From: Acidimicrobiia bacterium
GTDB taxonomy: Bacteria; Actinomycetota; Acidimicrobiia; Spongiisociales; Spongiisociaceae
Direction: 5' to 3'
NCBI GenBank assembly: GCA_041576165.1
Contig: JBFGLM010000070.1
Span: 1-21,370, forward strand
Length of the DNA stretch: 21,370 bases
Shown here: positions 16,353 through 21,370 of the stretch, one piece after another
Numbering within the stretch: the first letter of the stretch is position 1
How the letters are laid out: each line of letters begins with the position of its first letter
The notes under the pieces: model-generated
What the model saw: only the letters and a program-made list of their open reading frames with translations
What the model was told of the DNA's origin: nothing
Database searches by the model: none
Translations under genes and position numbers: made by a program

Positions 16353-17171
16353 CTAGATGCGGAAGAACGAGTTGAGGAAGCTGGCAGCCAGCTGCTGGTC
16401 TCCGCGCACGGTCCCACCGTTCATGCGTCCATATGAAGTCAGGACCAAGGTGCCCGGGTCGAACTCGAGCACTGCCGGCAGGTCGTCAACATCGCCTTCG
16501 GTCACCGCCAGTCCATCCTTCGAGACCGAGATCCGCTGCGTTCCTGCGTTGTGACCACTGTTCACCCTGACGCCGATGGTGTAGGGCTCGGTGCCGGACG
16601 GGACTCTGGGAGTGGACTGCCAGAGGATGAATGCCAGCGGCACGAGCAGGTCTGCACTGTCGCCGTCCAGCGCATGAGCAGACCCGCTGCCCTCGCGCAT
16701 GTCCCAGCTGTGCACGCCATAGTCGACGAGCTGGAACAACGGGTAGAACGCCGCCGGGATGGGCCCCATGTACTTGTGAGGCACCATGAGCGAAGCCCAT
16801 TCGTCGTCGCTGAGCTCGGCAACGATTTCGAGGAAGCGACGCCGATCCTCCTGGAGGCGTTCGATCATCTCAGTCTGCGGTGTCCCGCGGAAAGCTTGCG
16901 CTCCCTTGTCGACCCACATCGCCATCTCGGGCAAACCGAGGTTCTCGGGGGGGTCCCCTTCGCCACGAGCCGCTGCGAAGGAAACGAAGTATGCCCCGGT
17001 GGTGTCCACCAGGTGGCCGACGACGTCACGGACTTCCCAGTGCCCTGCCCCTGTGGGGGCCTCCCACTGGTCGGGACGTGACGCGAGCTCGTCAAAGCCA
17101 GCCGCCTCCCGGGTCCACGCACGCACCAGATTGTCCCGAGAGGTTGGATCGAGGAACTGCCATTCGCCCAT
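16353..17171 (-). CDS. Maleylpyruvate isomerase-like (MDMPI/DinB superfamily) mycothiol-dependent enzyme
   Basis: WEAPT...WEVRDVVGHL and DYGVHSWDM metal-site motifs; C-terminal SCP2-like domain; SD AAAGGA. Confidence 0.85.
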   Translation of the reverse strand: MGEWQFLDPTSRDNLVRAWTREAAGFDELASRPDQWEAPTGAGHWEVRDVVGHLVDTTGAYFVSFAAARGEGDPPENLGLPEMAMWVDKGAQAFRGTPQTEMIERLQEDRRRFLEIVAELSDDEWASLMVPHKYMGPIPAAFYPLFQLVDYGVHSWDMREGSGSAHALDGDSADLLVPLAFILWQSTPRVPSGTEPYTIGVRVNSGHNAGTQRISVSKDGLAVTEGDVDDLPAVLEFDPGTLVLTSYGRMNGGTVRGDQQLAASFLNSFFRI

Positions 17172-17619
17172 CGTGAGGTCCTTTCGCTCGACCGATCCTC
17201 GCCGCTTCCAAGCTACTCCTCGGCGCCGGCGTGCAGACCAGATGGACGGATATTTGCGCCCGCTTCCCGCAGCATGGCGAACTTCGTCCCCTGCCCGTGC
17301 CGTTCTTCGCCATCGGGGAGCTTTCGCACCTCACTAACGCAGGTTCTGGAATTGACGGCGGTGTGACGGACGATTGCTCGCTGCTGAGGATGGCTTTGTT
17401 CGAACTGCCCAGGAGCCACGCACTGATGCCGCGCCTCGAGCTCATTCGGCAGGCCACTGTGAGATTCGAGGCCCGGCCCGGTTGTCGGTACTCACACCGA
17501 CGCAGCGTCTTGGCGTGGAGCATTCCGCCAGTTGATCAGGGCAGCAAAGATCTGCCTGGGCGCTCGACTCACATGAGACCGTGGTCGCTGGATTGTTGCC
17601 CGACCGGACCCGGCGGCCG

Positions 17620-17649
17620 AAGCCCCCGGCCGCACCTGGCCGGGGGCTT
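17620..17649 (-). terminator. Hairpin terminator of the secreted orphan gene
   Basis: Perfect 12-bp stem AAGCCCCCGGCC/GGCCGGGGGCTT with a 6-nt loop, about 35 nt after the stop at 17684. Confidence 0.7.
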
Positions 17650-17683
17650 GACGTCATCGCGAGGATCAGGCCGTGTAATCAGC

Positions 17684-18262
17684 TCAGGCCGGAATGAGCC
17701 CGTCTTGCGATGCATTCAGCTGGACCTTCGTGGTTGGGCTGCAGACCAATACGCAATCCTGACAGTTCCCCAGGTTGGTATTGGCTCCGGGCCGCCTCAG
17801 CTGTTGGTCGATGCGCCAGCCGGCCGTCACTCCCTGAGGGGAGGTGACAGTGGGATCTGGGAGCACAGCCTTACCCACGAAGTTGAGACTGCCGTTGGCG
17901 TTGGTCTTGTGCCAGCCCACGACGACGGTGTCGTCTGGCCCATCAGTATTGGGGTCTTGGAGGTCGCGAATTGTGATCGTTGCCTGGTACCAGGTTTTGG
18001 GATCCAGATCATCAGCCCGAACGCGGTACTTGAACAACAGGTTGTCGAGGTCTTCGCCGTTCATTTCAAAGGTTCCAAATCCGTGCGCTTCTACACCCAG
18101 AGGTTCGATTCCGGGCGTGAAGGTCGGATTGTCTGCCATGTCGAACTCGGATTCGATGTTGCCGTTGAATGCCAATGCATTCGTGGGGGCTACACCGGTC
18201 AGGAGTAAGACCTGGACGACGGACAGGGTGAACAATCTGGAAGCTCGTTTGAATGAAAACAC
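17684..18262 (-). CDS. Hypothetical secreted beta-rich protein with a C-terminal CxxCxxxC motif
   Basis: GGAG 8 nt before GTG 18262; Sec-type signal (KRASR, hydrophobic core, ALA cleavage); protein-like composition; own terminator. Start is uncertain. Confidence 0.7.
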   Translation of the reverse strand: MFSFKRASRLFTLSVVQVLLLTGVAPTNALAFNGNIESEFDMADNPTFTPGIEPLGVEAHGFGTFEMNGEDLDNLLFKYRVRADDLDPKTWYQATITIRDLQDPNTDGPDDTVVVGWHKTNANGSLNFVGKAVLPDPTVTSPQGVTAGWRIDQQLRRPGANTNLGNCQDCVLVCSPTTKVQLNASQDGLIPA

Positions 18263-18767
18263 GCCAAACACTCCGTTCAGACATTCCGCAAATTGACTCA
18301 GATGCCGGGGAGACCCCCGGGTTGTGGCCGTGGTTCGATGTTGTAGGCAAATCCCTCGCTTCGCACCTCCTTGGCGGTATACGGCCGCCGCAAGGTACGG
18401 AATGAAGATTGAGAGATTCTTAAGGCCCACCAACAGCCGGCCATAGCGGAGCTGCGCAATCCAGATGAATGCCTCGGGGGGAGCTGTGCCGATGGACAGC
18501 TTGAAGCCGGTCTCAACCTGTACCTCTGCTGGAGATGTGGCGTGCCAGCCTGGAGCGCGAGAGCGCCCGGTTCACCCGTTGTCGCGACCCTGCCCCGGTT
18601 CAGGAGGACCCCTGGGGGCTGCCCGGCAGGTGCGATCGCCTGGCGTGGATCGCGCAGCGGTCGACGTTTCCGCTCTCTCCATAGAGCGGCGGTTGCAGAC
18701 AATCAGCCCGCCGCGCGTCACGCTCCCGTAGGGTTCGGCGACCGCACACGACGGAAGGGGTTCGAAA

Positions 18768-19265
18768 ATGAGGAAGCTGATCACGCTGACCGCCGCGATC
18801 GTGACACTGCTGGCACTTACTGGAGTCGCGCAGGGGCAGACGTCCGGGGTCAGCAACCTCTGAGCGGACCTGTCGGGGGCCGAGGAGGTCCCGAACCCAG
18901 TCGAGACGGACACGACGGGTACGGCCAAGTTCAAGGTGCGTGGCGACACCATCGAGTTCAAGCTCGACATCAGGAACGCCGACGGCATCCTCGGCGCAGC
19001 CGGTGCCCACATCCACTGCGCGCCGGGCGGGGCCAACGGCCCGGTCGTCGCCTTCCTCGCCGGCGTCGTCCCCGGCGGCTTCGACGGCAAGGTCAAGCTC
19101 GACGCCACCCTGACGGCGGCCAACATCGTCAACCCGGCATGCGGTGCGGACATCGCCTTGCTCGCCGAGTCGATGCGCGCCGGCGATACGTACGTGAACG
19201 TGCACAGCATCGACTTCCCGGGGGGCGAGGTGCGCGGTCAGATCCGCCCACTCGGAAGCGGCTAA
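18768..19265 (+). pseudogene. Secreted CHRD-domain protein interrupted by in-frame TGA at codon 32
   Basis: ATG 18768, signal peptide MRKLITLTAAIVTLLALTGVAQG, then SNL*ADLSGAEEVP...TGTAKF...AHIH...NGPVV...YVNVHS..FPGGEVRGQI, all in one frame. TGA at 18861-18863. Confidence 0.85.
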
Positions 19266-19286
19266 CGTCCCGGCGACGCTGGACCT

Positions 19287-19308
19287 CCCGCGACCGGGCC
19301 GCGGGTTT
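19287..19308 (+). terminator. Possible weak terminator after the CHRD gene
   Basis: CCCGCG (19287-19292)/CGCGGG (19300-19305) followed by TTT. Confidence 0.35.
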
Positions 19309-19440
19309 AGCCCGGACCGGATCACCGGCCCGAACGGCAGCCGCTACGCCGGCTCCGGTCGGTAGGTCGGTCCTGCGCGTGGCCATGGTGACGGCAGGCG
19401 AACACCCGTCGGCCGACCACCAGCGAAGTGAGGAGTGGCG

Positions 19441-19818
19441 ATGAGCGAGCACGAGCGCGCCGGCCAACCCGCGACCGAAAACGACAACAACGACATGCTG
19501 CTGCTCACCACCACAGGGCGCATCAGCGGCCGCCCCGACACCGTGCCGCTGCTGTGTCTGTCAAGCGGTGACGCCCATGTCGTGTTCGCCTCGTGGGGCG
19601 GGCCGAACCATCACCCTGAGTGGTACCTCAACCTCGTCGCCGACCCGTACGCCACCGTGCAGATCAACGGTCGGATCCACGATGTCGAGGCCCGCACCGT
19701 CGGCCGCGCCGAGCGGGCCAGATGGTGGGCGGCGGCTGAGCAGGCCTACGCGGGATACACCACCTACCAGTCCCGCACCGAACGGGAGATCCCCGTGGTG
19801 GTGCTCCACCTGGTGTGA
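19441..19818 (+). CDS. Deazaflavin (F420)-dependent nitroreductase family protein (Ddn/FDOR-A)
   Basis: LLLTTTGRISG, ASWGG...HPEWYLNLVADP, YTTYQSRTEREIPVVVL; SD GAGGAG. Confidence 0.88.
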   Translation: MSEHERAGQPATENDNNDMLLLTTTGRISGRPDTVPLLCLSSGDAHVVFASWGGPNHHPEWYLNLVADPYATVQINGRIHDVEARTVGRAERARWWAAAEQAYAGYTTYQSRTEREIPVVVLHLV

Positions 19819-19971
19819 GCATTCAGAGGCCCGGACGGCGTGGTTCGGAGCAGATTGGTGCCGTGGCAGCACCGCCGCGCACCGGCTTGAAGGCCGGGCA
19901 GATTGGCCTCATGGGTGCTGCGAACTGACGCCCGCACCTCGCTCGAGAAGACCAAGCGATCGCACAGAAAA

Positions 19972-19993
19972 TGTCACACCCCCTTCGTACCCT
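19972..19993 (+). promoter_or_regulatory. PafBC-type (RecA-NDp-like) promoter: TGTCAC-N10-TACCCT
   Basis: Spacing matches the TGTCGG-N10-TANNNT consensus (4/6 in the upstream hexamer); 6 nt before ATG 20000. Confidence 0.55.
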
Positions 19994-19999
19994 CGACCC

Positions 20000-21208
20000 A
20001 TGGAACCGTCGAGCTACGACAACGCTGCCGACCGGTCGGCCGCCAGCAGCGCCATCGAGGAGCAGCTGGTGGAGGGTCGGCGTGCGATGACCGCCGCCAT
20101 CGCCGGTATGCTCGACCTCGTGTGGGAGCTCGAGGAATCTGACGAGCACCCCAGCGCCTGCCGCGATACGGCCACATGGCTCACCTGGAACCTCGGGCTG
20201 CCGGGTCGCACCAGCCGCCTCTGGGTTCGGACCGCCCACGCCCTCCAGGACCTACCCCTCCTCCAATCGGCGCTAGCCTCGAGCACCATCTCATTCGATC
20301 AGCTCCAGGTGATCCTGAAAGCCGCCACACCCGACAACCAGGAAGAGCTGATCGCTCTGGCCCGCACCATCGGAAGCGTTGACGAACTCCGCGATGCCGT
20401 CTGCGACCGGGAAGAGCCGCCACCCCCACCCGAGCCGGTTCCCGCCCCCACAGTGCTCGACACCTGGTGGCAGAACGACCGCCTCCACGTGCGCGGCCAC
20501 GTGACGGGAGCCGACGGGGCGCTCGTTGAGAAAGCGCTCCTCCGGCTGGCCGCCAAAGCACCGAAAGACCCCGAAACCGGGCTGTTCCGTGATCCGAACA
20601 TCCGGACGGGCGAAGCGCTCGTCCAGATGGCCTCCGAGTCGATGGCCCGCGAAGGCAACCACGACGCCGCCAGCCTCGTCATCCACGTGTCCGCCACCGA
20701 CCTCCTGGCCGGCAACAGCATGGGTTGGGACGCTGCGGGTCGCTTCTTCCCCATCGCCGAACTCGAACGCCTGCTGTGCGATGCCCGCATCCAACCCGCC
20801 CTCCACGACGGCTGCGGCGTCACGGTGGGCGTCGGTCGCATAACCCGCACGATCCCACGGTGGTTGCGCCGAGCGATGGAAGCCCGAGACCAGGGCTGCC
20901 GCTTCCCCGGATGTACGACCACCCGCTGGCTCCACGGCCATCACATCATCCCATGGTCCCAACTCGGGCCCACCAACCTCGACAATCTCGTCTCCCTCTG
21001 TGGGTTCCACCACCGTCTTATCCATCAGGAAGGCTGGACGATCAAGGGGAATCCCAACCACACCTTGACGTTCATCAACAAGTTCGGCGACGTCCACCGA
21101 CCCGCCCTCGGGCGATTCCCGGTGGGCTGGATCGACAGCCTGCTGGACGGCATCGATCGCAAGGCCGAACACCGGCTTCGGCACCTGGTCGGCGCCGCCC
21201 CGCCCTGA
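20000..21208 (+). CDS. DUF222 plus HNH endonuclease protein (REP13E12-like)
   Basis: 402 aa from MEPSSYD; WLTWNLGL...ALQDLP...ISFDQL, ERLLCDA, and RDQGCRFPGC...HHIIPW..LGPTNLDNLVSLCGFHHRLIH. Confidence 0.9.
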   Translation: MEPSSYDNAADRSAASSAIEEQLVEGRRAMTAAIAGMLDLVWELEESDEHPSACRDTATWLTWNLGLPGRTSRLWVRTAHALQDLPLLQSALASSTISFDQLQVILKAATPDNQEELIALARTIGSVDELRDAVCDREEPPPPPEPVPAPTVLDTWWQNDRLHVRGHVTGADGALVEKALLRLAAKAPKDPETGLFRDPNIRTGEALVQMASESMAREGNHDAASLVIHVSATDLLAGNSMGWDAAGRFFPIAELERLLCDARIQPALHDGCGVTVGVGRITRTIPRWLRRAMEARDQGCRFPGCTTTRWLHGHHIIPWSQLGPTNLDNLVSLCGFHHRLIHQEGWTIKGNPNHTLTFINKFGDVHRPALGRFPVGWIDSLLDGIDRKAEHRLRHLVGAAPP

Positions 21209-21211
21209 ACG

Positions 21212-21370
21212 TCACCGGCCCACGCCGGACGGCCGCGCACGGGTTGCTGAGATCATACGGAACTGCAGCACGGGACGACGCTTCTCAGATCGCACGGACT
21301 TCGCCACGAACCGTGGGATCTCGCGCGGGGCCCATTCCAGATACTCGGCGCACGGGAGGAAGGCGGCGAC
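21212..21370 (-). CDS. Possible C-terminal end of a gene truncated by the window edge
   Basis: Open frame from the edge (VAAFLPCAEYLEWAPREIPRFVAK...) to TGA at 21212-21214, GC3-biased in its first half. No recognisable motif. Confidence 0.3.
   Translation of the reverse strand, partial: VAAFLPCAEYLEWAPREIPRFVAKSVRSEKRRPVLQFRMISATRARPSGVGR

Noticed and set aside
17231-17600. Plus-strand ORF segment (part of the 325-aa ORF) between MDMPI and the secreted orphan
   Set aside because: No motif, SD or codon bias; the rest of the ORF is antisense to the secreted protein gene.
18270-18760. Possible riboswitch in the divergent spacer (hairpins near 18305-18320, 18369-18395 and 18670-18690)
   Set aside because: No conserved core of any riboswitch class I recognise, and short GC hairpins are expected by chance. 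An Rfam scan would settle it.
19568-19999. N-terminal extension of the DUF222-HNH ORF (546 aa)
   Set aside because: Low-complexity, overlaps the Ddn-like gene out of frame, and a promoter sits directly before ATG 20000.

Overview
High-GC actinobacterial DNA; gene content and order suggest Acidimicrobiia (inference). The left half (1-10.4 kb) is the conserved locus that in mycobacteria lies near oriC: a partial haloalkane dehalogenase, a small membrane-anchored metal-binding protein, crgA, trpG/pabA, and the minus-strand operon fhaA-fhaB-pstP-rodA-pbpA-pknB. This operon lacks pknA and runs on into mutY and a PPOX-like split-barrel gene. tRNA-Leu(CAG) lies divergent from fhaA. The right half is an accessory patchwork: DUF2254 protein, TetR plus a divergent 2-TM protein, CDF metal exporter, an MDMPI-VOC-LLM enzyme operon, a secreted Cys-containing orphan, a CHRD gene interrupted by an in-frame TGA, a Ddn-like F420 reductase and a DUF222-HNH gene. 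The most notable non-genic signals are a DnaA-box cluster directly downstream of crgA, a ~170-bp symmetric structured element rich in CTNAG/CCTNAGG motifs, a PafBC-type promoter before the HNH gene and a possible Cys/His uORF coupled to the CDF gene. All calls come from reading the sequence; no database searches were run.
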